Source of the DNA: Klebsormidium nitens
Lineage: Eukaryota > Plantae > Klebsormidiophyceae
NCBI GenBank assembly: GCA_000708835.1
Contig: DF237447.1
Span: 1-64,000 of the forward strand
Reading direction: 5' to 3'
DNA length: 64,000 nucleotides
Part shown: one piece after another, positions 14,401-29,200 of the stretch
Layout: the number at the start of each line of letters is the position of its first letter
Position numbering within the stretch: position 1 is the first letter of the stretch
Position numbers and translations under genes: made by a program
Notes under the pieces: generated by a model
Told to the model about the DNA's origin: nothing
What the model saw: the letters and a program-made list of their open reading frames with translations, nothing else
Databases searched by the model: none

Positions 14401-16150
14401 GTAGAGGACTCGAAGCAAAAGGGAGACCGATGTCTTCGTTCCTGTCACGGAAGGAGCAGACAGAGCGCAGACGAAGGGGGAATCACGCCGCAAGTGTTCC
14501 AAAGCGATCCATTTCCACGCACACAAAAGGAGGTGCTTTTAAACATGAAAACGCAAAGACGAGGACTTTATGAACAGCATTCGCAGACGGGATCAACGTC
14601 TCGACTACGCAAATTAGATTGTGGCAGCAAGGTGGCAGCTTGACTTCCCGATTGCTCGTGCACGGAACGAATATGCGGTAGGTCTTTGATACTTTTCGAC
14701 CTCTTACAAGTTTCCCGCTACTTATGTCTGTTCATGTGAACGTTTGCATCAAGTACTTCGAACCGCTTCGCCGCTCCGCGCGTTCATTGTTGCTCTAGCC
14801 TTTTACGGCACCACTCCAAACTTTTCTGCTCATATGGCGCCACCTCCTGATGGTCGTAGCCACTACTTCCGCGAAGCAAACAGATAATCAATGCAGCACA
14901 AGTTCGACGCAGGTACTAGGTCTGACAGTCCAAAACAGAAACGCAAAACAGAAACGCACTGAGCTGGACAAGTGGCAGCATCCGGCTGAAGACCTTTGCA
15001 AGAGCTGGGCATACCAACCGGTGCTCACTCGCTCTTTTCATCCTTCGGGGTAAGGATGAAAATGAGGGAACAATTCAGAAGCACAGGACTTTCAGACTAA
15101 TGGACGACTTTTACAATCACATCGGTGTTGCCACCAGATGCACACATTCAATAGGAGGACTGGGCAAGAACACGAGTGTAAAACAGAACGGGTGGTCAAT
15201 GCCCTAAACTCATGACAAATTACATGCTCAAGAGAACGTCTGATGACATTGTCCAGGACAATAGGAATGGCCTTCGCTTGCAGAGACTTTGCATCTTAAA
15301 AGCATTTCACACTTCAGAAGGCGAGTATGCGCCGTCACGTGCGGCAGCAAACTAATCGCTGCCAAGACGGCAATCACCGGGCGGTACTGGAAGCGACCCC
15401 AAGACTTGGTTTGCATTTGCCGCAAGCAGAAGTGGGAGCTGGAAAGCGGACTGCATTTAAGACCTGAATATAAGCTGGGACGCGCAATCACGTACCATAA
15501 TCTGACAGCTGCGTTGGCTGACAGCTGCGTTTGCAGGCAAACAGACAATGACGGCCGATCGCGAGTTAGAGCCTGTTTCTAATCAGTATGCAGTGACGTT
15601 TCTCGCGCCGTCAACAAGCCCCCGGGACCTTCGAGTAGTGGCTTCCGCAAGCGGATCTCAGGTGCACAAAGCGCAGCTGCAGGAAGTGACCTTACGTCAT
15701 AGCCAGATCATCCCAAGGTATGTACACGTTAGACAGATCTTTCTATAACAGCAGTCCGTTCGAAAACTTTCTAGCATATCGATTTTCTAGCATCGGCAGA
15801 CACCGACGGGTTTTTCTGAGCGAAGCTCAAGGTGGACCTCATCATGGCCGTGAAATAGTGTACTTTTTTTTATAAACTTGGAAGCATTGGGGTCCGCCTT
15901 TCGAAAACTCGTAAAAGGGAGAAGGCCTCCGGAAGGAGACACCACGTCGCTATATGTGAAAAGGCAAGACAGTGTGGGAATTACGTGCGCGGCGCCCAGG
16001 AAACCCAGCGATTGGATAAAGGCCAACAGATGCAGACAACTGAAAGGCTGAAGCCTTAGTGTTTCGTAAAAGCTCTGAAGCCGCAACAGGAAGATTGCTG
16101 ATTAAGGAAGAAATTCAATCAGCGGCATCGGGACTGTTCCAACAAATCGT
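11480..16150 (+). repeat. Segmental duplication, copy 1 (modules M1-M2-M1-M3)
   Basis: Collinear with ~20850-25350. Anchors: AAAATGGGCCAGCTTG ~12301/~21617, CTGGCAGCATAAGC 12646/21972, CTCTGACCAAGTTGG ~13803/~23170, GAGCTGGGCA ~15002/~24310. Offset ~9.3 kb. Confidence 0.85.
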
Positions 16151-17289
16151 TGAGCTCCTTCAAGTTCGACTCAAAGCGTTATCTTCCTCGCCACCAACCG
16201 CTTAGTTTGTAGGAGCCCGACGCGTCCAAACGGTAGGGTCAAAACGTTCAACAAGAACTTTTGCAGCTTTGGTGATCGAAACGACTCGACTGGCAGGGGG
16301 CAATCTGCAACCTGATGATCATTCACGCCTCTCATGCCAACATATGCGACGAACCAAAAAAACTGTAAACACAATGAGCACCATTTGACAAAGAAAGCCC
16401 TGGCAATCATTGGCAAATTCCCGGCTAGAGATTTGTCGTCGGGACGGAGGCCTCTTCGATCAGCGCATTCACCAGCAGATCGAGACGTACAACGAGGAAC
16501 GAAGAATCGATCGATGATAGGGCATGATGGATGCTTGTAATCGGCTCTGAAGTTTCACGCAAATGTCATTGGGCCCGGTGTTGTGCGCCCGAGCGTAAAT
16601 GCGTCCTGGCCGACAAGAAACCTCAGAGGCTGTGGGAAGGTTCTTGCGCACAGATTGAAGATGTAAACGTTCAAGAAACTCGTAGTCTAATTAAGCAAAG
16701 CCGTTGGGCACACAAGCACGTAAAGGGTTTTGCATCTAAGCAACAAGCGGGTCCGAGCTCCACACATCTTGTTGGCATCGGAGGATTCGAGACCTCGTGA
16801 TTGAGGTGGGAAATCTCAGGTCAGGTGCTCTCATCACGGCCATTTTCCAAGGAGGATTTCTTCTGGACTTCTCCCGGCTGGAAGGAGATCTGATGTTTTT
16901 CGCTAGATAGTATGCCGAACCGCCAGACTGACGCGACCGCGACCGGCTTCCTCCTTGTTCGATGTCGAGGGGCTGACGGACTGACCAAACACCACCAAAC
17001 GGACAAAGGAAATGCATGGAGAGAAGCTTTTGGGACAGAACGGTATCACGTCTCGACGTCTTCAAGTTGCGGCGTCAGGAGAGTCGGACAAAAGGCACAC
17101 TTTTGAGTCTTTTGTCCGCGAGTAAAGAGCGGCCGGAGTTCAATAAGACCGGAGAGAGAGGCTTCAAGAATTACAGGAATTGCCCGGTCAAAGGAATATT
17201 GATTTTACGGGGACTCAAGTTTTGCCACTTCAGGCAAAGCTCCGTCTACGTTACCGAGAAAATGAGGAGGAACTCACGATTCGACGACT

Positions 17290-18140
17290 TTGAGCGGAAT
17301 CCCTCGAGCAGGACCGAGGACCATTTTTCTACAACGGGAATACGTAGCGCAGTCCACCAACTTTGGCAAACGCTCAAGGCAGGGACGAAGCAACTAGAGA
17401 AAAGCGGCTGGTTAGCCAGCTGGCAGTTGGACGCTCTCGTCTGAAGCGCTTGGTAGCAAAAATTCTGTCAGCAAACACGCAAGCTTCTATGTCAGTAGTT
17501 CAGCAGAATTAGAAAGCTTGGGGCCGGCTCTATGTAAAGAAGAGAAAGTGCGTTGGGCCAGGAGTTACCTGCCCCAGTCGTTGACCTTCCTGACCGGCAG
17601 AGACTAATAGAGTATAGGGGCGGCTCTGAAACCAAAAAACAAACCAAAAAATGGGCTTCGGGGAGATCCGCCCAGTATCTCGTTTGCATCGTCTTGGCCG
17701 CGAGTGAGCTTTTCAGTACGAAAGCTTCACCAAGCAGCTGAAAAGAAACGCTTTTTGGTTCGAAAGGATGCGAAGAAAGGAATAATTTGAATGTCGATTG
17801 CGCATGAACGAGGTACAAGGTTCAAATGGAGCAACCTGCCTGATTGCGCAATTTGGTAGTCGAGAAGCGGAGTCAAGCTAGGCACGTCAAATGCATTAGA
17901 GCAAGATGGGGGCCAAAGCTGCTCCAAAAAAAGCGGTTGTCTTCAGCAAATACGATTTGGGTGAGGAGGATTTCCCACGGTGTTCTCGTCCCGGCCAGGC
18001 CCGGAAGGAGCGGAAGATGGATAAACACAGTAGCTGCCCCGAAAAACAGTCCGGCCAGTTCCACGCACACAATGGCGGACGCTCCTAAACCACAATCCAA
18101 AGGTGCGAAGAGCATAATTTGAAACATGATCAACGCCTCG
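17290..18140 (+). repeat. Additional copy of the ~0.85-kb M1 module (five copies: ~11480, ~13740, ~17290, ~20860, ~23090)
   Basis: Shares GGCAAACGCTC, CGTCTGAAGCGCTT, ATGGGCTTCGGGGAGAT, TTTGCATCGTCTTGGCC, GCGCATGAACGAGGT and GAGCAAGATGG with the other copies; most similar to the 13740 copy. Confidence 0.85.
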
Positions 18141-20849
18141 CCTTGACAAAATGAGGGTCCTTGGATCTCAGTCGCTCATGCACAATAACGACCATGTGGT
18201 CGGTAGGCCTATAACACAGCATCCGACTACAGGCCGGGTATTCAAGAGCTGGGCATGTCCCAAGGTGCCCAGACGCCCTTCTTATCCTTGCCGCCTGAGA
18301 ACGGGAAACGACCCAGAAGCACTGGGCTAACAGGTCAAGAGAGACTTTTGCAATCACATTGGTGTCAGCAGACGCACAAATGCTCAATAGCAGGAAGGCG
18401 CAAGGACGCAGGGGCGACAGAAGGCGGGTCGTTGACCTGAAACCATCGTGCAAACATGTTCAAGACCTTATATATGCTGGCTTCCCTCAGGACGAGGAAT
18501 TTGGCCTTCCTTCTGTAGAGTCTCTGCATCAGGATAACGACGTTGCATCATGATAACTACGTGTGACACTTTGGAAATGCAAGTGTGCACCGCGCGTCAC
18601 GACCGTCCAGCGCACAAACCACTGCCACGACGGCGAGTTCCGCCCGATGCTGGCGGCAGCCGCAATGTTCTGCAGTAAGCAGAAGTGGGCGCTGGAAAGT
18701 TGAATGGAGTCAGGCCAAAGAAGCTGGAGCGCCACACGCATTTTCACAGATCCGCTGGGGCGCCTACAGCCACGGCCAGCTGAACTTGGCAGCCCATATC
18801 TGGCCATTTTGTATTGCCGTTTCTCGTGCCGTCAACAAACTCCCATTACCTTCGAGTTTCGGCTCTGAGCAAGCGGACTCTAAGTTCGAAATGCGGAGGA
18901 ATTGGACCGACGTCATGGCCTGATCATGCAGCTCACGTACAGCTTCACCAAATACAAAACGATCCGCTTGAATGCCCTTTCGAACCTGTCAAGCACAGGA
19001 TTCAAAACATTGTGACAAGTGTTCCTGAGCGATCAAGGTTGACCTGATTATGGCCATGAAAAACAATGGACATCTTGAAGAATCGAGGGGTCCCCCTTTC
19101 GAGAACTTGTAATGGAGGAGAAAGGTGTCCGCAGGACGACCCCGCAACGAATTGCCACAGAAGATAATCTGGAAAGACACCACGTTGTGGGCATCCGGGC
19201 ATCCCGTGCGACGCCCAAAAACTCAGCGCGGGGAGGAGGCCAAACTCCAACAAAATATGCAAGCTCCGAAACCGAAGTCGTTTGTACTCAAGGCGCACAT
19301 GGGAATTGCGGGGATCCGCGGCACCAGAGCGTCTCACAGGTGGTTGAGTCGATCCCTTAAGGCGCTATCCTCCTTGTCACCAACTACCTGATTTGTAGCA
19401 GGTAACCAAAGAGAAACAAGTTCGTACACTTGGGATTGTCAACCGACTTTCCTCAGATTCGGTTATCCGTCGAGAACAACTTGAGCTAAGCCCACGATTC
19501 CTTGGAATCTCCACATCGCCCTCAGAACCGGAGCCTTTTAACGGTGCCAACTTGAATTGATTGAAGATTTGACGGCAACGACAAGCAAAAGGCCGACATT
19601 AGCGGGACTCGACTGTTTGAAAACATGCTGAAACCTGAAAGACGCTTTAAGCACTCCCATGCCAGCATACGTGAGGATCTTGGTGAATCTTCAATGACCG
19701 GAATCCGGTAGATTTGGAGCACCAAGAATGTGTAAGGAAAGAAAAACTTACCTAAGCGGCCAAATTATCTAGAACAAACTTCAGTTTGTCACTGCTTTCG
19801 AGCCTATTTGAGAGTCCCTGCATCTAGACAGTTTTTCGTTTGTGACCTGTAGACGGACAACCGACCTCCGAAGAGCTCATAAACGAGCAGCTATAGCTAG
19901 ATGGGCCTTTCTCCGAATGACGAGTTTCAACAAAGACGAGCTGATCATTTTACGGTGAGACTCCAAACGTGGACTTTTCAAAGAGCATTAGCAAAACAGA
20001 CTCTTAACGGGACGCTTTCGAAACGCGACGTCGGCGAACGAATAATCGGTAGAAGGCAAAAGACCAGGGCTTATGTTGTCGCACTAGGACAGAGGCCTCT
20101 TCAGCGATTCCGCAAAGACGCGGGCAAATTGACGAGCGGAGTTTTCATCGATGAACTGTCAGGGTTGAAGGTTTGAGACGTACGGGCTCGGATATTCGGC
20201 ACAAACCACCTTGGGCCCGGTGTTGTCTTGCCCAGGTGTACGAGCGTCCTGGCCGGCAAGGAGTTACCTTTGAGGCTGCGGGAATATTCTTCCGCACTTG
20301 TTGACTATGTAAAGATTCTTGTTGACCTTTTAAAGGTCCAAGAAACTCGCAGTCCAGGCAAAGCCGATGGAAAAAGGGAAGTCGCAGGCGCGTGTCCTGT
20401 ATGGAGTCAGCAATTAGTAGCAAGTATAAATGCGGCGCTAGTGATTCCCTAAGCCTCAGACTAGTTACTATGCATCATCTATATGCGGGTCTGCATTAGA
20501 TGCGCCTTGATTGTTGCTTCGGCTGATGACAAGCCGACCGCTGCAAACGGTTTAGACACGGCACCAAACGGACGCGGGAACGTCGAGGACAGCAACGCAA
20601 GAGGGACAGGGGCGACAAGAAGAATCTTTGACCTAGTAATGGGCAGGCCGGTGAGCAAGCGAATGATGGAGAAGAAATATCCTACCGGTCATAATGAAAG
20701 TGGCCAGCCAAAGAGCGGACTTTAATGAGACTAGAGAGAAAAGCTTAAGGTTCAGATAAGGCCATGTCAGAATAAGGATGTTGATTGTGAGGGGGACTCA
20801 AGTGTGTCCATTTCATGCAAAGTTTATCACGTCACCGATAAAAGGAGGA

Positions 20850-23800
20850 GGGCAACTCGACGAACTTGAGCAGAGGACAGCTGTTCAGCGACGGATTACG
20901 CAAGACTCTGACCAAGTCGGCAAACGCTCTAAGGCGGGGTCAAAGCAACTGAATGATATGCGGCGGAGTAGCCGGCTGGCAGGTGGACGGCCTCGTCTCA
21001 AGGGCTTGATAGCAAACACACTGTCAACGAACGTGCACAATCTTCTTTGTGAAGAAGAGAAACGGGTTTGGTGCCCTGCCAGGTGTGGGGGGATCCGCCC
21101 AAGCTCTGGTTTGCACCGTCTTGGCCGGCTGGGAAGTATTGGGGCCATGAGAGCTTCAACAAGCTTTTGCAGCTTTGAAGGAAAGCCTTGTGGTCTAAAT
21201 CGCCTGAGAGGATGCAGGTAAAGTGGTCAATACAATGTCAAGCTGCGCATGCATGAACGAGGTGTAAATGTACGTGAGGTTCAGATCAAGCTACCTGCCT
21301 GATTGGGCCAACGAGTCGGTTCTCAAGAAGCGGAGTTAGAACGTCGAATATTTCATGCATAAGAATGAAGACGGAGGTCGGAGCTCCGGAAAAAGCGGTT
21401 GGCTTCAGTGGAAAAAGAGCGAGAATGAGACTCAATATCTCACGATGTTTCTGTCCCGGCCAAGAAAGAAGCAGACGACGGAGTTCAAAACACATCGTAG
21501 GTGCCTCAAACGACGATCCAGTCCCACGCACACAAATGACGAGATCCTATACCACAACAGAAGATTGAGAAGATCGTAGTTGAAAACCAAATTAATGCCT
21601 TGATTGGCGTGACCGCAAAATGGGCCAGCTTGAATCCTCAAATCGCTCATGCACATAACGACTAGCTACATGGTAGGCATGGTAGGCCTTCGACGTTATC
21701 CGACAACTTAAGAGGCTGATGCCACACACGTCTGTTGCCATCGTTTGCATCAAGTGGCTTGAAACGCCCAGTGCGTTCACCATTGCAACCGTTGGCGTCA
21801 CCACTACGATTTTTTTCTGCGTAGGTGCCAATCCATTTAAGATTCAAAGCCACAGCCGTCTCGAGCAAACCGCTGTTTGATTCTAGCAGCAGCACAAGCT
21901 TACGGGGGAACGACTCATCCAGTTTACCAATCTGAAGATCGATTCGTTCAGATGACCTTGCGAAGGAAGAGCTGGCAGCATAAGCAAAAGGATAGAGAAC
22001 TGGGCAGGCCAAATGGTGCTCAGTCGCTTGTCGCTCGTTTTTTCCTTGTCGCTCGGAAGCAGAACGGTGAAAGCACCGGTACAGATCAACGGGTCGGTCA
22101 AACGAACGTCGGTACGAATGTAAGCGCAGACAACCAGATACGACAACCAGATACGACAGTGGGGTACACTCCAAATGGCAGCTCCGATAAGCTGGCGCTT
22201 GCCTCGGAGCTAAGCTTTGCAACATGTGGAGCTTATCGTGGCCACCGGCTAGTGAGCACTACCGTGAAGTTGACCCGAAAAATAGATAAAACAGATTACT
22301 AGGACGTTAGGTGCCATATCCGTTTACCTGCATGGTGAACCTAGGTCTTCCTGTCCTTGCGTCTAAGGCTAGGCCGATAAACAAGCCGAGAATGGACGCA
22401 CCAACGTTAGGCAATGGTATTGTAAGAATATACGTATGCATATCAAGACGGCGCAAGAAAATGAACCGGATGGAGGGGCGTCAGTGGCGTAGCGGCTACG
22501 GTTAGCCTGCCATAAGACAGGCTCCGCTGTAACCCTGTCCAATGAAAGCAGCCTTTATCAGACCAATGGTCATAACAAAGATAACGTTCTGCTTCGTTCT
22601 CATTGATGACAAACCTGCAGCTTCAGCCTGCAAATCTCTTGGGTGCGGGCAATTCAATCTTAGCCGGCGGCCGCATCGCTAGTCGTTGCCGCGCTCCGCG
22701 CTTCCTGGAAAGTCCTGGATCGATCCGTTGCGTTCCAGCCAGTATGCGAGGGGCCGGAAGATTTTGTCTCTTCACTACCCGTCGAAGCCGGATGCATCGA
22801 AGAACTCAGAAACCGTAGACGAGGCGTTCCCACCCTGGCATGTGAAACGAGGTCGGAGGGGATTCAGGCCGCTACGAAAGAGCGCCCAGAAGATGCTCCG
22901 TAGAGAGTCAACCCCGGCCACCAGTTTTACGAAAATGGCCAGCCGATGAGAAAAGGTCGATGCGACCGGAGAGAAAGACTCGAAGTATAGTTAAAGACCA
23001 GGTCACAGGGATGTTGATCAGCAACGCGGACTCAATTCTGTCCAACCAAGCAAAGCTTTCTTTCAGGTTACCCACACAGAGACGATTCAAGACTCGACGA
23101 AGTTGAGCGGGCTCCCTCGAGCAGGACAGAGGACAGCTGTCCAACAAGAGAGATGTACATAACACGAGACTCTGACCAAGTTGGTAAACGATCAAGGCAG
23201 GGACATACTTGCGCAACTGGACAAAATGCGGCCGACTAGGCAGCTGGCAGCTGAACTCTCATCTGAAGCGCTCGACAGCAAGCACACTTCATGCTCAACG
23301 TCGAACACACAAGCTTCTTTTTCAACAATCTCGGCATGGTGAAGAGCTTGGGGCCGGCTCGTTGTCAAGAAGAAAAGCAGCGTTGGGCCTGCCCAGGTGT
23401 TGCGTCGTCCTGGCCGACAGAGAGCTTAAGGGCTATATCACAGTATAGGGGTGGCTCTGAAACCGATAAAAAGGGCCGAAAATGGGCTTCGGGGAGATCG
23501 CCCAGGTTCTGGTTTGCATCGTCTTGGCCGGCAGTGGGCTTTTGGGGCCACAAAAGCTGTAACAAGCAGCTGTGAAAGAAACCTTTGTGGTAAGCAGTTT
23601 CAGAGGGCGCGAGGGAAGCAATCAATACAATGTCAAGCTGCGCATGAAAAAAACACAAGGTTCAAAGCGTGATTGGGGCAACCCATAGTCTAAAAAGCGG
23701 CGGAGTCAGGCACGACAGACATTTTGCATTGGAGCAAGATGGGGGTCGAAGCTGCTCCAGAGAAAAGCGGTTGGCGTCATGGACGAAGAGCAAGTGAGAC

Positions 23801-25350
23801 TGAATATCTCACGATGTTTTCGCCCCGGCCACGGAAGAAGCAGACGAAGAAGAATACACACCGTAATTGCTCTACAAGAGGACCAAGTTCCACGCACTTA
23901 AACAAGGGGCGATTTCAAAGGACAACCTAACGATGAGACGAGCATGATTCGAAACATGAGATCAACGTTTCAAATAGACACGTACGTACCATGTTGACGT
24001 AGACCTGTAACACTCTCTACTGATTACTCACGAAGATCTTGCCACCCATAATTGTTGCCACCTTTTTCATCCAGTACTAGGAAAGGTTCCGCGTGTTCAC
24101 CGTTGCTTCAGCTGGCACCACTGACTTTTCCCCCGATATATGGCTCCACCGCAAGATGATCGAAGCGACTCTTGCCGGGAAGCAAAAAGATACTCAAAGC
24201 AGGACAAGCTCGACTCGGGATACAGATGGGCGCTATTCTGAAAGTCCAAACCAGAAGCGCACAAAGATGGACAAGTGGCAGCATCCGACTATACAGAATA
24301 TGCAAACCAGAGCTGGGCACGTTTAACGGTGCCCATACGCCTTTCTTATCCTTGCCGCTTGAGAATGAGGGAGACATCCAAAGCACGAAACAATCAAGTT
24401 GATGGACGTCTTCTGCATTCAAATCAGGGTCACCAGACGCAAAAATGCTCGTAGCAGGGCTGGGCGAGACGTTAGTGGAAAATAGAGGGTCAATATCTTA
24501 AGATCGTCACAAACATGCCCAGACGATCTCCGTTAACATTACCTAGTACGAATAAACTGACCTTCGCTTGCAAAGACTCTGCATCAATCAGAACATGCGA
24601 CACTTTCAAAGGCAAGTATGTGCCATCACGTCGCGGGTAGCCTTTCTCTAAGCATTAGTATCTGTTGAATGTTCGTGTGCCGTCCACAAGCTCTCGGTAC
24701 GTTCGAGTATCGGCTCCGCCACTCATACTTCCATGCACTGCACAAAGCGCAGGAAGTGGCTTTAAGTCATGGCCGGATCATCCCAAGTCGAGTACACTCT
24801 AACCACTTTCTCACAAAACAGTCCGTTCAAATGCTTTCTGTATCTTGTTAAGCACCGGCTGCGACAGATACCGACGGTTTTCTATGAGCAAAGCTCAAGA
24901 TGACCTCGTCCTGGCCGAGCGACAATAGACATCCTATAGCCCTTCGAAAGTTGGGCTCCCCTCTCGGGAACTCGTATAGGTGGATGAAGTGCTCCGCAGA
25001 AAGACTCCGCAAGGAGGCGCCACAGAAAAGTTGTGAGAAGGCGCACATTTAATTTCTTAATCTGCGGCGTCAGATCGTCTCGACCGGTCTTTGAGCTCCC
25101 TCAGAGTCAAGGCGCTGTACTCCTCGCCACCAATCGACTGGAGTGTAGGAGGCATTCGAAAGGAACCCAAGTGTACGGTCAAGAAAATGTTCAAGGACCT
25201 TGCAGCTTTGAAATCACCACTCGCCTCCTGAGCTGGCCCAAGTATTCATTATTGCAGTGACACTTCATAGGAACTACAAGAAGCTGTTCCGCTGAACATC
25301 TTAATGGTGCTAGTGACAAAGCAGACGACCGGATATCGAAGGGACTCGAA
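20850..25350 (+). repeat. Segmental duplication, copy 2 (modules M1-M2-M1-M3)
   Basis: Collinear, diverged paralog of ~11480-16150; same anchors as copy 1. Confidence 0.85.
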
Positions 25351-28300
25351 AGGCTGAGGGCATTCTGAACCTATCTAAGCACTCCCGTGAAGGATAGGCG
25401 AGGAACCTTGTGAACCTTAAACGGCGTGGGTCCGGTTATTCTGGGGCACCAAGACATCTGACAGACATGCGCGTCTTTAATTAATTGCCCGGGCTAAAGT
25501 GCCGAGAGATTGGATTCTATTAAGCCCTTTTAAACTTGTACTCGCATGGTCAAGGCGCCCAGCCTCAAAAAAGCACTCAACCTCCACGGAGAATCGACCT
25601 TAAAATAAGTTCAGAGAAACGGGTGGCTTCAACTCAGCCATACTTCAGGTAGTTCGCTCAAACGAAAATGATCTGGTTGTCCCTCCAACTTAAGATCTGG
25701 AAAATGGAGAGTTAAATGCATTCGCAGAAGTTTCTGGTTTCTGACGCGACGTTTTTCAAACGTGACGTCAGTGAACGTACTCACAGAAGCATGCAAACGC
25801 GAGGGCAGTAGCTTGTGCTGTTGAATTGGGACGGAAGCGTCTTCAGCGCATTTATCAGCAAAGACTCGAGCAAAGAGAAGAACGGATCTCCTTTCGTGAT
25901 TGGACACAGTTGACATTCTGAATCGGGCTCTGAACTCTTGAGACCACAATCGTTGGGCTCGGCTTTAGCTGCCCAGGAGTCGAATCGTCCCGGCCGGCAA
26001 GAAACTCAGGGTCTCCGAAGGGTTGTTGCTAATACTTTTAATGTACGTCGACCTTCAAGAGTTCCGGAGTTAGGGACAGCCGATGGATAGACGGATGTAC
26101 TTTTACGAGTCAATAGAGGCAAGAATAGTGCAGCGCTACGATTCCTCAAACTTCAAGTGCGTCACGAGCACGGACCTTCATTAGACTCGCCTTGCGAAAC
26201 TTAAAAGACGCGAAAGACTGATTTCCAGAAGGTGCCGTGAATATGAAACCAAGCTTTACTGGCGAAGTTGCCCTCCCCAGGTTAGTAGGTTACAAGGGAA
26301 ACCCACTTGTACGTTAAGAAGTTCTGCATTTCGGTTTCACGGGGTTCCGGCTTCAGAAACATTGCTGGCGCTTCGGAGCAGTTGACAACTCGAGTGATTG
26401 ATTTTGAACATCTCAAGAAAGATGCTTTTGTCACGGCCATGTCCGGAGGAGGAACACAATTTCAATGCAACTGCTTAGAAGCACGACTGTCATGGGCACG
26501 TACACGTGATACGCGGCGCTCTTAAACTCGAAACTTTCAAACCAGGAGAGCATTGCCTAAAATTTTCAGCGCTCGAGCAGCTCGGGGGTTCAGGCCCGCT
26601 CGTGGCTAACAGCGCGTGCTCCTTTGCATATGTGTGGACGACTTCTGAATCTGTTTACGAACCAACCATAGCCCGCACCTCACCTTTGCGACTTTGCAAA
26701 GGCGCAAGAAAAGGCAGCGCATCCAAAACGTGTAAGGTCGGACGGCCGCGCTTCTGGACGACACTCGCGCTTTTACTTTTGGAGCGCCCCGCATGAGATA
26801 CAATACAGGCGCCGTCACATACTTCAGCAGTCTCTACACTGTCGCGATATCAGCAATCAAATGCAGGGTGGCCGTGCTGGCAGCAACCGCATAAATCAAG
26901 ATATGGATCCGTCACAATCTGCCACGTAAGCTGGTACCGTGGGAGTTCGAAGTTCCAGTCTCCCACGATTGTCGCATAAAGCAGAAGCAAGCTGAGCCCG
27001 GTCGCAGCTCCACGTAGAGAACCAAAGTTTGCGCAAAGCGCAAGACGTAAACTTACATCATGGCCGGGCGATGCGAAATCTACGAAATAGCACGAGACAT
27101 GATAACTTCCGGCTTTGAAAGGGTAGCAGCTTCTAGGTGCGCGGCATCAGCGATTTCACCGAGCTTTTGAGCAGCCCCGAGGCGCCCATTGTTTCGTCAC
27201 CAAAAAAGTGAGGTGCAACTACTCGTGCATCTCGTCAAGGCCGTGCTGCGGTGACGGCGGGTGCGTCTCCAAACGTGTAAGAAATCGATTGGTACGTCAT
27301 CCAAGGCAAAGAAGAAAAGCACAAACGGAGTGGAAAGACCTTGTTTGGGCGGTCTGTAGCCGAAAGCGCGGTTCTTCTATCAACAACATTACCGCCAGGG
27401 TACAAGGGTCTACAGCCAATGATCAAACATATGGATTTCAGGCATGGACGATCTCTAGACAGTAAAGTGCCGGAAATGCCAGACTGACCCGCGACGCGAC
27501 CGCTCGCCTCCTGTGTTGGGGGTGAAGGGCCTGCCGGACGACTGACCAAACACGACCAACCGGAAGAAGAAAATCCTGGAGGGCAGCTTTTAGGACAAGA
27601 CGGTAGAACGTCTAGACGGCTTGAGGCATCAGAGGGTCAGACGACTATAACTGGGTAATAATTGTGTACCCGACATGAGCTCCCTCCGCATCCTTGCCAC
27701 TTTACATCAAACAAGGATTTCAAGCCGTCTTTCTCGCGACGAAGGTGGCCGCAGAGCAGATGAAAATTGCGGTGTGGAACGGCGGAGCCAGACTCGTGCA
27801 AGCAAGGCGAGGGGACTTGGGATCAACCAAGGGATGAACGCCCCCCGTAAATTTGACGAAGTCGACGACAAAAAGGAGACTTGAACGAGAAACAGATTGT
27901 TCGGTGCAGAACTCAAAGTAGGTCGTGAAAGCACGCATGGTGTGGCTGCGTGTCTCAAAGAGCGAGCTATCAAAACTTGTAACCAGGCAACTGTCTCGGG
28001 GCGTTGCATGCTTGGCATCTGGGCATTAATCAACACGGGTTCTAGCAATGGTTTGGACCGGAAAACGGACAGCCGCCATCAAATGGAAGAAAATTGGCTG
28101 TAGCGCTCGCCAAAGTCTCTATCGACAGGTGAGCACAAAATGTACTTCCAAGAGTGGCGCGCTTTTGAACACACGCAAAACTACCGTACCTGATACTTGA
28201 TCTGCAGTAACACTTTCACGTGCGACTGTGTCTTAGCAGCCACTTCATCGTACGTACTCTCAGTGGGGTGAATCCCGCTCAAAACCCGTCACCTCATCAG

Positions 28301-28739
28301 TCGTGATCCAACCGAGCTTTGTGATATCTCTTGAGAAGGTATGCCTCAAGACAAGAGGCGAACCTTGGACCTACAAAAGGCCCGTGGCTTACCTTAGCGG
28401 TGATGGCACGCCGTCCTAATAAGAGGCCCGGCCGCCCGCACAGAACCCTATAGCGCAATGGCTCGGGACAGGTCCGTTGAGTGGATTGTGGAGAACGCAA
28501 CTGACAACAAAGAAAAGTGCGGCAGAATATTACTTTGACATTATTGCTGTTGACAATCATTAATGGATCAGCATGGACTGGCGTCGTACTCCCGCGTGTG
28601 AAATGCGCGCGCTCTCTTTTCCGTCTTGATAGAGCTGATGAAAAAGCGCAGGAGTTGCTCTGCCGATGCGAACACCCAAAAACACGAGAGCCTGAGATGC
28701 TACGACGTTTGCCCCAAGATTCAGATTTTGCCCGGATTC

Positions 28740-29200
28740 GGACTTGCGACATGGCCAATGGACATTTCCGTGTCATTTCGAAGCCACGTGGCACCACGAG
28801 AGCTCGACTTTCCGCACGTGGCGACCCGATACCGAGGTTTTCACATAAATCGTCATCAGATATTAAAGCTTGGTGATTTTGTGCATCGGCTTCGGTACGT
28901 CCACCTGCAATCGCCTATGAGCAGGTTCCTTGAGCAGGCAGCTCAAGGAACGGACCTCATCATGGCCTTGCAAATTTTAGCATGCACTAGCGTGTAATAA
29001 GCACACAATTATATCCATCTTCCTGTCCAAAGCATCGAGTTTACGGACCCGCCAAAAGACGTCTGAGAAACAAGTTGAATTAACAATTGGCTATGTCAGA
29101 CCCCCAGACCTGGGCAAGCCAATCGCTGCCCATAAGCCCATCTCATCCTTGCCACTCGGCGATTTACACCAAAAGCACGGGGTCCATTTGATGTCCTGGT
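28740..29200 (+). repeat. Array module duplicated at ~38190-38640 (related copy near 47990-48180)
   Basis: Anchors CGTGGCGACCCGAT 28817/38269, GCATCGGCTTC ~28883/~38336, GCTCAAGGAA 28941/38379, type-II unit 29111/38554. Offset ~9.45 kb. Confidence 0.75.

Noticed and set aside
23481-23560. MGFGEIAQVLVCIVLAGSGLLGPQKL reads like a TatA/TatB N-terminus
   Set aside because: Flanked by stops, and paralogous M1 copies shift frame within the same segment, so the resemblance is coincidental.
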